From the NCBI GenBank assembly GCA_038255145.1, contig JBBSLP010000021.1:10491-74490 (forward strand): a stretch of 64,000 nucleotides of DNA, read 5' to 3'. This document shows, piece after piece, positions 33,868 to 42,870 of this stretch. This DNA comes from Acidimicrobiales bacterium (GTDB taxonomy: Bacteria; Actinomycetota; Acidimicrobiia; Acidimicrobiales; CAIXPF01). The notes under the pieces are model-generated. The model saw nothing but the letters and a program-made list of their open reading frames with translations. It was not told where the DNA came from and did not search any database. Position numbers and translations under genes: made by a program. Positions within the stretch are counted from its first letter, which is position 1, and each line of letters opens with the position of its first letter.

Positions 33868-35079
33868 TCAGCTTTTGACGTAGAAGGCTTCGCGCTCCTG
33901 GGAGGGGGGCACGATGGGGATCTCGTCGTCCGTCAGGGGCTTCATGTACTGCTTGCGGGCCAGCGCGGCTTCGATGAAAGGAGCGAGCTCCTCGTCCTTG
34001 CGGGCCAGGCGCTCCTCGCGACCCTCCTGGAAGGTGGGCAGGACCTTCTCGGCGAACAACTCGAGGCTCTCGCAGATGTCCTCGTGGCGGTTCTTGCCAC
34101 CCTGCTGCAGGAAGATGACCTGGTCGACGCCGGCATCCTGGAACTCGCCCACCAGCTTGCGGTAGTTGTCCGGGGTGCCGATGCCGGGAGCGGTGATGGT
34201 GGGCAGGTCGGGGCCCCGCAGCTCCTCGTACTCCTCCCACAGGCGGCTGCGCCCGGGGCGGGTGTCGTTGGCCACCAACGCGTTCACCGCATAGCGGAAG
34301 AACTGGAACCCGTCGACGCCGCGACGCTGGGCCTCGGCGGGGTCCTCGTGGATGGAGAAGCCGGCCACCATGGCCAGGTTGGCGTTGACCCGGTGGCCGA
34401 TGGGGACGCAGTCTTCGCTCTTGATGATCCCGTAGTAGATGTCGGCCCACTTCTTGGCCTGCTCCGGGTCGACGAAGCTGAAGGCCAGGGCGCCCAGGCC
34501 GTTGCGGGCCGCCACCTCGATGGTCTTGGCGTTGGTGCACGCCATCCACATCGGGGGGTGCGGCTTCTGGCGGGGCTTGGGGATGACGTTGCGGCAGGGC
34601 ATGGAGAAGCCCTCGCCCTCGAAGCCCGGGTAGGGCTCCATGACCATCATGTTGGCGATCTGCTCGGCCGCTTCGAGGGACAGCGCCTGCTTGCGGCGGG
34701 CGTTGATGCCGTAGCCCCGCAGCTCGAGGCGGGTGGCGCCCTCACCGATGCCGAACTCGGCCCGGCCCCCCGAGATGAGGTCCAACATGGCCACCGTCTC
34801 CGCCGTGCGCGACGGGTGGTTGTAGTTGGGGATGACCTGGCGGATGCCGAGGCCGATGCGGATGCGCTCGGTCTTGGCGGCGAGAGAGGCCAGGAACACG
34901 TCGGACGCCGAGCAGTGCGAGTACTCCTCGAGGAAGTGGTGCTCGACGGCCCAGGCATGGTCGATGCCGAGCTTGTCGGCCAGCACCACCTGCTCGGTGG
35001 CCTCCTGGATGAGGCGGTACTCGGCCTCTTCGTCCCAGGGCTTCGGGAGCTGCAGCTCGTACATCATGCCGAACTTCAT
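33868..35079 (-). CDS. LLM-class flavin-dependent oxidoreductase (about 403 aa)
   Basis: MKFGMMYELQLPKPW…DHAWAVEHHFLEEYSH…GRAEFGIGEG… The start is at ATG 35079. Confidence 0.85.
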   Translation of the reverse strand: MKFGMMYELQLPKPWDEEAEYRLIQEATEQVVLADKLGIDHAWAVEHHFLEEYSHCSASDVFLASLAAKTERIRIGLGIRQVIPNYNHPSRTAETVAMLDLISGGRAEFGIGEGATRLELRGYGINARRKQALSLEAAEQIANMMVMEPYPGFEGEGFSMPCRNVIPKPRQKPHPPMWMACTNAKTIEVAARNGLGALAFSFVDPEQAKKWADIYYGIIKSEDCVPIGHRVNANLAMVAGFSIHEDPAEAQRRGVDGFQFFRYAVNALVANDTRPGRSRLWEEYEELRGPDLPTITAPGIGTPDNYRKLVGEFQDAGVDQVIFLQQGGKNRHEDICESLELFAEKVLPTFQEGREERLARKDEELAPFIEAALARKQYMKPLTDDEIPIVPPSQEREAFYVKS

Positions 35080-35256
35080 GGGCGTTCCCCCGTCCAGGGT
35101 GCGTGCGGCCCCCACCGCCTGGGAGGGGCCAGCGCCGACCGCACGGCGTAAGCGGGGTGTCGGCGATCGTCGCGGATCCTAGGCGGCGCCCGTCACACCG
35201 GCGATTCCGCCCTGGGTAGGCTCCGCCACCGTCCGGGTCACCCACGGGGAGCGCGC

Positions 35257-35541
35257 ATGGCTGGGTCTGATGTCCTCTACGAGGTGGCCGACGACGGCGT
35301 CGCCACCCTCACCTTCAACCGGCCCGAGGTGCTCAACGCCCTGCGCCGCCAGACCACGGACGACGTGCTCGCGGTGCTCGAGGATGTGCGCCACAACGAC
35401 GCCGTGCGCTGCCTGCTGGTGACGGTGCTACCCCACGACCAGCTCATGGTCGAGGCCCGGGCCATGGCCGCCAAGCTCGCCGCCGGGCCGCCCCTGGCCC
35501 AGCAGGCCGAGCGGCGCGAGCCCCGCTACCAGGGCCGCTGA
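35257..35541 (+). pseudogene. Enoyl-CoA hydratase/isomerase (crotonase) remnant with an in-frame internal deletion and a truncated C-terminus
   Basis: The 94-aa product joins the crotonase N-terminus (VLYEVADDGVATLTFNRPEVLNALRRQTTDDVLAVLEDVRHNDAVRCLLVT) directly to a late-helix segment (VLPHDQLMVEARAMAAKLAAGPPLA). The oxyanion-hole and catalytic core (about 130 aa) are absent. The junction is near 35420. Confidence 0.6.
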
Positions 35542-35543
35542 GC

Positions 35544-36482
35544 ATGGCCCCTGAGAAGCGAATCGACGCGATCCTCACCCCTGACCCCTCCCCGCTCCTC
35601 CCACTGGCCGGGCGCATCGCCGTCATCACCGGGGGTGGGAGCGGGATGGGCCGCGAGCTGGCCCGCCTGCTCAGCGCCGAGGGCTGCCACCTGGCCCTGG
35701 CCGACGTGTCCGAGCAGCAGATGGCCGAGACGGTGGCCCTGTGCCACACGGCGGCGCCGGCGGGCACGCGCATCACCACCCACCGCTGCGACGTGTCCGA
35801 CGAGGCCCAGGTCGTCGCCTTCCGCGACGCCGTCGTCGCCGCCCACGCGGCGGACCACGTCAACCTGGTGTTCAACAACGCCGGCATCGGTGGCGGCGGC
35901 AGCTTCGTGACCGACCCCCGCGACGAGTGGGACCGCACCTTCGCCGTGTGCTGGTTCGGCGTCTACTACTGCAGCCGGGCCTTCCTGCCCCTGCTGGTGG
36001 CGGCCGATGCCGGGCACCTGGTCAACACCAGCAGCGTGAACGGCTTCTGGGCCTCCCTGGGGCCGGGCCGGGCCCACACCGCCTACGCCGCGGCCAAGTT
36101 CGCCGTCAAGGGCTTCAGTGAGGCCCTGGTCACCGACCTGCGCCTCAACGCCCCCCACGTGCAGGTGTCCGTGGTCATGCCTGGGCACATAGGTACGTCC
36201 ATAGCCCTGAACACCATCGCCCTGTTGGGTGGTGAGGTCGACGCCAGGGTCACCGAGTGGGGGGCCGCCTTCCGCAACAGCGCCCCGACCACGGCCGAGC
36301 AGGCCGCAGCCACCATCCTCGAGGGGGTGCTGGCCGGACGCTGGCGCGTCCTGGTCGGCGACGACGCCCACGTTGTCGACGCCCTGGTGCGCGACACCCC
36401 GGAGGAGGCCTACGAGGCCTCGTTCGTGACCCGACTCCACGACAACGACGCCCTCCGGGCCCTGGTCCCCCCGCCCGGCTGA
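35544..36482 (+). CDS. SDR-family oxidoreductase
   Basis: ITGGGSGMG, NNAG and YAAAKFAV (YxxxK); 312 aa. Confidence 0.85.
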   Translation: MAPEKRIDAILTPDPSPLLPLAGRIAVITGGGSGMGRELARLLSAEGCHLALADVSEQQMAETVALCHTAAPAGTRITTHRCDVSDEAQVVAFRDAVVAAHAADHVNLVFNNAGIGGGGSFVTDPRDEWDRTFAVCWFGVYYCSRAFLPLLVAADAGHLVNTSSVNGFWASLGPGRAHTAYAAAKFAVKGFSEALVTDLRLNAPHVQVSVVMPGHIGTSIALNTIALLGGEVDARVTEWGAAFRNSAPTTAEQAAATILEGVLAGRWRVLVGDDAHVVDALVRDTPEEAYEASFVTRLHDNDALRALVPPPG

Positions 36483-36513
36483 GCCGTGGGCGGACGCGCT
36501 CGTCGCCCCGCGC

Positions 36514-36553
36514 TTGACGCCACGACATCCACGGCTACGGTGCCGATCGTCAC
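36514..36553 (+). promoter_or_regulatory. Candidate promoter (TTGACG-N16-TACGGT) with an overlapping imperfect inverted repeat GTGCC-GATC-GTCAC, upstream of SBP-2
   Basis: TTGACG is at 36514-36519, TACGGT at 36536-36541 and the inverted repeat at 36540-36553. The hexamers were identified by eye only. Confidence 0.3.
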
Positions 36554-36601
36554 AGACCTCTTCTCGGGAGGCCTGGACACCATCTCGTACCCGGGGGGCA
36601 C

Positions 36602-38233
36602 ATGGTCAGCAGGACGGGCCGCAAGGTCGGTGTTGGGTTGCTCGGGGTCTCACTGCTCGCCGCAGCGTGCGGCGGAGGCGGCGGTGGTGAGGACACCTCC
36701 ACCGCGGCCACCGTCGACAAGGGGGTCCAGGCCGGCATCGCCGCAGCCCTTGCCGGCGGGTCGAGCACGACGGTCGCCGGTGCCACCACGACCGCGCCTG
36801 TGGTCGCACCGACCTCCATCGACGGGTGGGAGGCGCTGTGGAAGAAGGAGCGCGAGGCGATCGTGGCCCGCATCAAGTCCAACGGCTGGGGCAAGTCGGC
36901 CGACGGCAACACCCTGACCGGGCCCGAGGGCTTCACCGTGGACCTGTCCAAGTGCGCGGCGGGTTGGTCCGACACCGAGGGCCTGACCGACACGTCGATC
37001 AAGATCGGCCAGGCCATCGCCCAGTCGGGGACCTTCGCCGACTACGGCAACTTCTCCAAGGGCATCACCACCATCTTCGACTACTACGCCAGCAAGGGGA
37101 TGTTCACCGACTCCCTGGGCAAGAACCGCTCGGTCGACTACATCGCCAAGGACGACGGTTACGACGCTGCTCGAACCATCCCCGCTGTCGATGAGCTGCT
37201 CGATTCCGAGAAGGTCTTCGCGGTGTGGACCCTGGGTTCGCCCAGCACGCTGAAGGTCTACGACAAGATCAACCAGCGCTGCGTTCCCCACCCTCTCGCC
37301 ATGACCGCCCACCCCGCGTGGGGTGATCCCGTGAACCACCCGTGGACCACGGGGGCACCGAACCCGGCCTACAGCACCGAGGCCGTGCTGTGGGGCGGCT
37401 TCATCGAGCAGCACCTGAGCGAGTTCCCCACCGACCGCAAGATCAAGGTGGCGTCCCTGGTCATAAACAACGACTTCGGTCGGGTGTACGACCAGACGTT
37501 CAAGACCTACATCGCCGAGTCGCCACTGCTCAAGGGCAGGGTGGAGTACGTCACGGAGAAGATCGAGGCCCAGGCGCCCACGGTCAAGGACCCCATGACC
37601 ACCCTGGCCGCCGACAAGCCCGACATCTTCATCGCCATGGTCGCAGCCACGCCGTGCACCCAGGCCGTGATCGAAGCGGCCGAGAACGGCATGAACGAAA
37701 CGACCAAGTACCTGTTCCAGCCCCAGACGTGCTCGGGCGTGTCCTTCGTGGGCAAGGAGAAGGTGGGCGGCGACGGGATGGCATCCGAGGGTTGGTGGAC
37801 CGTCAACCCCGGCTTCAAGGACTTCAAGGACCCCCAGAACGCCAACGACGCCTTCGTGAAGTGGGGTCGCGAACTGATGAGGTCCAACGGCATCGACCCT
37901 GACCAGACCACCAAGCTGGGTGAGGGCTTCGGTGCCTACGGCTGGGTGTACGCCCAGGCCCTGATGATCGCCGGCGCTCTCGACGGCGGCCTCACCCGGA
38001 CCAACCTGATGCTGGCCATGCGCAGCTTCGACATGACCAGCGGCTACCAGGTGACCGGCGTGCGCATGCACATGGACGGCAACGCCGACTCCTACATCAA
38101 CGAGGGCGGCCTCTTCCAGCGCTTCGACGCCACCAAGCAGAGCTGGGTCACCCAGGGCGACGTGATCGAGCTCGACGGCAAGTCGAAGAACTGCCAGTTC
38201 GATCAGTCCGCCGGGGCCTGCATCCCCTACTGA
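36602..38233 (+). CDS. Lipoprotein ABC substrate-binding protein, paralog SBP-2
   Basis: LLGVSLLAAAC lipobox. The architecture matches SBP-1 (SIDGWEALWKKEREAIVARIKSNGWG…CAAGWSDTEG…IKIGQAIAQSGTFADY…KSKNCQFDQSAGAC). Confidence 0.85.
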   Translation: MVSRTGRKVGVGLLGVSLLAAACGGGGGGEDTSTAATVDKGVQAGIAAALAGGSSTTVAGATTTAPVVAPTSIDGWEALWKKEREAIVARIKSNGWGKSADGNTLTGPEGFTVDLSKCAAGWSDTEGLTDTSIKIGQAIAQSGTFADYGNFSKGITTIFDYYASKGMFTDSLGKNRSVDYIAKDDGYDAARTIPAVDELLDSEKVFAVWTLGSPSTLKVYDKINQRCVPHPLAMTAHPAWGDPVNHPWTTGAPNPAYSTEAVLWGGFIEQHLSEFPTDRKIKVASLVINNDFGRVYDQTFKTYIAESPLLKGRVEYVTEKIEAQAPTVKDPMTTLAADKPDIFIAMVAATPCTQAVIEAAENGMNETTKYLFQPQTCSGVSFVGKEKVGGDGMASEGWWTVNPGFKDFKDPQNANDAFVKWGRELMRSNGIDPDQTTKLGEGFGAYGWVYAQALMIAGALDGGLTRTNLMLAMRSFDMTSGYQVTGVRMHMDGNADSYINEGGLFQRFDATKQSWVTQGDVIELDGKSKNCQFDQSAGACIPY

Positions 38234-38241
38234 CCTGGGTC

Positions 38242-38279
38242 GGCCGGTCGCCCTGTGTCGCGCCACAGGGTGACCGGCC
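38242..38279 (+). terminator. Strong stem-loop after SBP-2
   Basis: GGCCGGTCGCCCTGTG-tcgcgc-CACAGGGTGACCGGCC, a 16-bp stem with one G-U pair, 9 nt after the stop. There is no T-tract. Confidence 0.45.
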
Positions 38280-38291
38280 TCCGGGCGTGCG

Positions 38292-39749
38292 ATGCTGCCG
38301 CCCATGGTGGACGCATCCAGGATCGACCCGACGATCGAGCGCGCCCCCATCTCGGGGCGGGCGTGGCGGGCCCTGGCCGTGGGCAGCGCCGGGTTCTCCC
38401 TGGTGTCGTTCAACACCACGGCCACCAACCTGGCCTTCGGCGACATCACCGACACGTTCTCCGACGCCAGCCAGGCCACGGTGTCCTGGGTGGCGTCGAT
38501 CTTCTTCATCGGCATGGCCAGCCTGCTGCTGGTCTCGGGTCGACTGGCCGACCGCACCGGCCGGCGCCGCATGTTCCGCTGGGGCTTGACCGCCTTCGCC
38601 GTCGGTGCCGCGCTCTCGGCCGTGGCCCCGTCGGTCTACGTGCTCATCGTGGCTCGCCTCGTCACCGCGGTCGGTGGTGCCCTCATCATCCCCAGCTCCC
38701 TGGCCGTGGCCCTGCCCGAGTTCCCCAAGGAGCGCCACTTCACCGCCATCGCCCTGTGGTCGGCCACCGGCCCCCTGGCCTCGACCGTGGCCCCCGGCGT
38801 CGCCGCGGTGGTGCTGGCCGTGGCCAGCTGGCGGGTGTTGTTCCTACTCAGCGCGCCTGTGGCCCTCGGTGCCCTGGCCGCAGGGTGGCGGGTGCTGGCC
38901 GAGTCGCGGGTCGAGGACCGCTCCGGCCGCCTCGACGCTGTCGGCGTGCTCGTGGGGACGGTGGCCATCGCCTCGTTGGTGTTCGGTGTCAGCCAGGGCA
39001 CCAACCTGGGCTGGGACAGCCCGACCATCCTCGGCGCCTTCGTCGTGTGCGCCGTGGCCACGCCGCTGTTGCTGCGCCGTTGCCGGGTCCACCCCCAGCC
39101 CCTGTTGAACCTCGACGTGTTCCTGCTGCGGCCGGTGTGGGTGGCCAACGTGGCCAACTTCCTGCTCAACATCGCCTGCCTGGCCACGTGGCTGGTGTGG
39201 CCCCTGTACTTCACCCGGGTGTGGGGCTGGTCGAAGCTGGAGACCGGGCTGGCCCTCATGCCCGGCCCGGTGCTCAGCGGGGGCCTGGCGTCCGTGGGGG
39301 GTCGGCTGGCCGAGCGCTTCGGGGCCCGGGCCCTGGTGCGCACCGGGTCCCTCATCGCGGCCGCGGGCATGGCCTGGCCCCTGTTCTTCCTCGACGGCAG
39401 CCCCAACTACTTGGTGGGGGCTGCTCCGGCCCTGGCCCTGACCGGGGCGGGGTGGGCCCTGACCCAGCCCCCGCTGAACAGTGCGGTCATGGCCCAGGTC
39501 ACCCCCGACGCCTATGGCGAGGTCAACGCCGCCTTCAACACGGTGCGCAACATCGCCGGCGCCCTGGGCATCGCCATCGCCGTGGCCATCCTGGGCTCCC
39601 CCGACCGCCCCGACGTCCTCGCCGCCTACGACCACGTCTTCTGGACGTTCACCGCCTCGGTCCTGGCCTGCTGGGTGGTGCTGGTGGTGGCCTACCCCGG
39701 TGCCCCGGGCCGCGCCGCCGCCCGCCGCCGGCTCCGCCGACCCACCTGA
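38292..39749 (+). CDS. MFS transporter, DHA2 (EmrB/QacA, 14-TMS) type
   Basis: …LLLVSGRLADRTGRRRMF…ARLVTAVGGALIIPSSLA… It has many TM segments; 485 aa. Confidence 0.85.
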   Translation: MLPPMVDASRIDPTIERAPISGRAWRALAVGSAGFSLVSFNTTATNLAFGDITDTFSDASQATVSWVASIFFIGMASLLLVSGRLADRTGRRRMFRWGLTAFAVGAALSAVAPSVYVLIVARLVTAVGGALIIPSSLAVALPEFPKERHFTAIALWSATGPLASTVAPGVAAVVLAVASWRVLFLLSAPVALGALAAGWRVLAESRVEDRSGRLDAVGVLVGTVAIASLVFGVSQGTNLGWDSPTILGAFVVCAVATPLLLRRCRVHPQPLLNLDVFLLRPVWVANVANFLLNIACLATWLVWPLYFTRVWGWSKLETGLALMPGPVLSGGLASVGGRLAERFGARALVRTGSLIAAAGMAWPLFFLDGSPNYLVGAAPALALTGAGWALTQPPLNSAVMAQVTPDAYGEVNAAFNTVRNIAGALGIAIAVAILGSPDRPDVLAAYDHVFWTFTASVLACWVVLVVAYPGAPGRAAARRRLRRPT

Positions 39750-39836
39750 GGCCTGTCGCGCCCGACACCGACGCACCGGGGCGTCAGCGGCACCTACAGT
39801 CCGGCTCCGACGCCATCGAGACCCCGGGGAGCACCC

Positions 39837-40157
39837 ATGTTGTTCGAGCTGCGCAGCTACCAGACCCATCCCGGGCGCCGAGCCGAGTGGGTGACGATGA
39901 TGGAGGAGGAGATCATCCCCTTCCAGGCGTCCAAGGGCATGGTGATCGTGGGCAGCTTCATCGACGAGGAGGACGACGACGCCTACGTGTGGATCCGTCG
40001 CTTCGATGACGAGGACCACCGGGTCAAGCTGTACGCCGACGTCTACCAGAGCGCGACCTGGAAGGACGACATCGGCCCCCGCATCCCCGAGCTCCTCCAG
40101 CGCGAGCTGATCAAGGTGCGCCGGCTGATCCCCACCCCCACCTCCGTCCTGCGCTGA
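39837..40157 (+). CDS. NIPSNAP-family protein
   Basis: MLFELRSYQTHPGRRAEWVTMMEEEIIPFQASKGMVIVGSF…; 106 aa. Confidence 0.75.
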   Translation: MLFELRSYQTHPGRRAEWVTMMEEEIIPFQASKGMVIVGSFIDEEDDDAYVWIRRFDDEDHRVKLYADVYQSATWKDDIGPRIPELLQRELIKVRRLIPTPTSVLR

Positions 40158-40280
40158 CCGCAGCAGCGCTGACCCGGGTCGGGCCGAGGCGAACTCCGTC
40201 GCACCGAACAGCGTTGCACCGAACACCGATGTGGCGATTGCCCCACCGGTGAGGGAGCGGCGCCGGGGCCAGGTACAACG

Positions 40281-41117
40281 GTGGTGATGATCGACGCGAC
40301 CCCCGATGGCTGGTACCCCGACCCTGCAGGCCGCTACGAACTGCGGTGGTGGGCGGGCGGGCGCTGGACCGACCACGTCTCCACCGCGGGGCGCGCCGCC
40401 CGCGACTCGCCTGCGGCCGTGCCCGCCGACGGGCAGCTCTTCGAGCTGGGCTTCGGCCGGGACACGGCCCAGGGTGTCGCCGCCCAGGCCGCCAAGGTCA
40501 CCGGTGGGCCGGCCGTCGCCGGTGGGGGCACGCTCTTCACCGAGCCCGTGCTCGTGGTCAACCAGAAGGCCAAGATCATCGAGGTCACCAACCAGTACGC
40601 CGTCTACGACCAGCACGGCAACCAGGTCGCTGCCGTCAACCAGATCGGTCAGAGCACGGCCCGCAAGGCGTTGCGCTTCATGACCAACGTCGACCAGTTC
40701 CTCACCCACCGCATGCAGGTCACCGACCCGGCCGGTACCGTCGTGCTCCAGCTCACCCGCCCGGGCAAGGTGTTCAAGTCCACGGTCATCGTCGAGGATG
40801 GCGCCGGGGCCGAGATCGGCCGCATCGTGCAGGAGAACATGGTGGGCAAGATCCGCTTCCGCCTCGAGTCCGGTGGGCACCGCTACGGGGCCATCAACGC
40901 CGAGAACTGGCGGGCGTGGAACTTCAACGTGCAGGACCACGACGGCATCGAGGTGGCCCGCATCACCAAGAACTGGGCCGGGCTGGCCGCGGCCACCTTC
41001 ACCACCGCCGACAAGTACGTGGTGCAGATCCATCGCCCCCTGGCCGACCCCCTGCGGTCGCTGGTGGTGGCCGCCGCCCTCACCGTCGACACCGCCCTCA
41101 AGCAGGACGCCCGCTGA
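40281..41117 (+). CDS. DUF2510 N-terminal motif fused to a scramblase/LURP-one-like (tubby-fold) domain
   Basis: GWYPDPAGRYELRWWAGGRWTDHV (DUF2510), then …FTEPVLVVNQKAKIIEVTNQYAVYDQHGNQVAAV…WNFNVQDHDGIEVARITKNWAG…, as in the bacterial scramblase-related family. Confidence 0.7.
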   Translation: MVMIDATPDGWYPDPAGRYELRWWAGGRWTDHVSTAGRAARDSPAAVPADGQLFELGFGRDTAQGVAAQAAKVTGGPAVAGGGTLFTEPVLVVNQKAKIIEVTNQYAVYDQHGNQVAAVNQIGQSTARKALRFMTNVDQFLTHRMQVTDPAGTVVLQLTRPGKVFKSTVIVEDGAGAEIGRIVQENMVGKIRFRLESGGHRYGAINAENWRAWNFNVQDHDGIEVARITKNWAGLAAATFTTADKYVVQIHRPLADPLRSLVVAAALTVDTALKQDAR

Positions 41118-41209
41118 GCATCTGAGCGGCGCGGGGCGGGCGTCGCCGGCCGGGTTTGTGGCAGCCTCAGGTCGATGACCAGCACCGATCACACGCTGGG
41201 GCCGCGTCC

Positions 41210-42094
41210 GTGAGCGCCGCCCCGTCCCCGGCCACCCGACTGGCCGCCGCCCTCGAGCCCATCGCCGGCCAGGTCCACTTCTCGCCCGAGTGCAACGCCG
41301 CCTACGCCGCCCTGGGCTTCGATCCCAGCCCGGGCAGGATCGGGCGCACCGAACTGCCCGACCGCACCGCCTACCTGACCAGCCGGGGCTCGGTGCTGGG
41401 CCAGGTCCCCGGCCAGGTCGTTGCCGCCGCCTTCGCTGTGTTCAGCCCGGCCACCGTCGTGCCCCACGTCGAGCGGGGGTGGACGTTGACCGACGCCCCC
41501 ACCATCCGCGCCGCCCGGTCCGAGGGCGCCGTGGCCCAGCTGCGTCGCATCCTCGGCCCCGATCCCGACGGCGCCGGCCGCATCGCCGACCTGCTGCTGG
41601 CCGCGGCCGAACCCCTGCGCATGGAGGGCCGTCCCCTGTTCGCCGGCCAACGGGCCATCCCCATGCCCGACGAGCCCCTGGCCCGGCTGTGGCGGGTGGC
41701 GGACACCCTGCGCGAGTACCGGGGGGACTCGCACACCATCGCCTGGGTGGGCGCGGGGCTCGACCCCATCGAGACCGGGCTGATGGGGGACCTGTACTGG
41801 GGTCTGGCCCTGGGTGCCCACACCGGGGGACGGGGGTGGACCGCCGACGAGCTGGCCGCGGGAGCCGATCGGTTGCGGTCGCGGGGCTTGGTGGCCGGCG
41901 AGGAACTGACCCCGGCGGGCCGTGAGCTGCGGGCCGCCATCGAGGCCCACACCGACGACCAGGTCGCCGCCGCCCTGGCCGTGCTCGGCGATGACCTCGA
42001 CGACGTCGAGCGGGTGCTGGGCCCGTGGGGCGATCAGGTGCGCGAGGCCGGCGGCTACCTGACACCGGCCGTGCGCTTCACCCAGCCGGGCTGA
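41210..42094 (+). CDS. Conserved hypothetical protein (resembles the actinobacterial SCO6745-type family)
   Basis: …LEPIAGQVHFSPECNAAYAALGF…YLTSRGSVLGQVPGQVVAAAFAVFSP…LREYRGDSHTIAW… The family name is recalled, not verified. The start is GTG 41210. Confidence 0.45.
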   Translation: MSAAPSPATRLAAALEPIAGQVHFSPECNAAYAALGFDPSPGRIGRTELPDRTAYLTSRGSVLGQVPGQVVAAAFAVFSPATVVPHVERGWTLTDAPTIRAARSEGAVAQLRRILGPDPDGAGRIADLLLAAAEPLRMEGRPLFAGQRAIPMPDEPLARLWRVADTLREYRGDSHTIAWVGAGLDPIETGLMGDLYWGLALGAHTGGRGWTADELAAGADRLRSRGLVAGEELTPAGRELRAAIEAHTDDQVAAALAVLGDDLDDVERVLGPWGDQVREAGGYLTPAVRFTQPG

Positions 42095-42734
42095 CCCCCG
42101 AGCTGTTCCCGCCATTGTCGCCGGTCCCGCTGTCGCCGGTGGTGGTGGCGCGCCGGCAGGCAGTGCGCAACGCGGTCAGGTCGGCCTCCATGAAGGTGGC
42201 CTCATCCCCGTAACCGGGGCCCAGGTCGACGTCGGTGGGGTGGAAGCCCAACCGGCGCCAGTAGCCCTCGGCTCCCTGGACCGCCACCAGCGACGCCGTG
42301 ACCAGGGACGCGACCTCGGCCAGGGTGGCCAGGGCCAGCACGAGGGTGGTGGCCAGGCCCCGGCCCCGGTGGGCGGGGTCTACGGCCACGTCGTGCACGT
42401 AGAGCGTCGCCGCGGCGGCGGCGTCGACGACCAACCGGCCGGCATCGAGGGGGAGCGACCGCCGGGCGGCCCACGGGTAGCCGATCGCGTAGGCCACGAG
42501 CTCGGACCCGTCGAACATCGCCAGGCAGCCGGGACCGAAGTCGGCCAGCCGGTCGGCGTAGGCGGCCTCGGGCTCGTGGTAGCGGGCGACGTAGACCCGC
42601 CGCTGGAGCCGGACGACGGCGTGGAGGTCGTTCGACCTCAGCGGCCGCAACCCGAGGGGGGACCCCGTCGCTGAGGGGTCCGGGCCGGCGTCGCCGGGGA
42701 ACCGCGGCTGGTCCGCGCTGGTCACCGCCATCAT
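42078..42734 (-). CDS. GNAT-family N-acetyltransferase
   Basis: …LYVHDVAVDPAHRGRGLATTLV… (acetyl-CoA-binding R/Q-x-x-G-x-G/A motif). The 3' end overlaps the convergent upstream gene by 17 nt. The start is ATG 42734 or 42731. Confidence 0.7.
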   Translation of the reverse strand: MMAVTSADQPRFPGDAGPDPSATGSPLGLRPLRSNDLHAVVRLQRRVYVARYHEPEAAYADRLADFGPGCLAMFDGSELVAYAIGYPWAARRSLPLDAGRLVVDAAAAATLYVHDVAVDPAHRGRGLATTLVLALATLAEVASLVTASLVAVQGAEGYWRRLGFHPTDVDLGPGYGDEATFMEADLTALRTACRRATTTGDSGTGDNGGNSSGVSPAG

Positions 42735-42870
42735 CCTGGTGCACCCCGCCGCCCCCGTCACGGGACCGGTCGGCGGCGTCACCGGGCCCCCGGGGCTCCC
42801 CGCAGCCTGGCGCTAGGTTCTCGTACCGAGGCGGAGTGGTCGGCGAAGCGCACTGAGGGGAGCGTCCAGC

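Noticed and set aside
40195-40232. The direct repeat GCACCGAACA appearing twice (5-nt spacer) upstream of the DUF2510/scramblase gene.
   Set aside because: It is a single 10-bp pair with no partner motif elsewhere in the window, so support is insufficient to call it a regulatory site.
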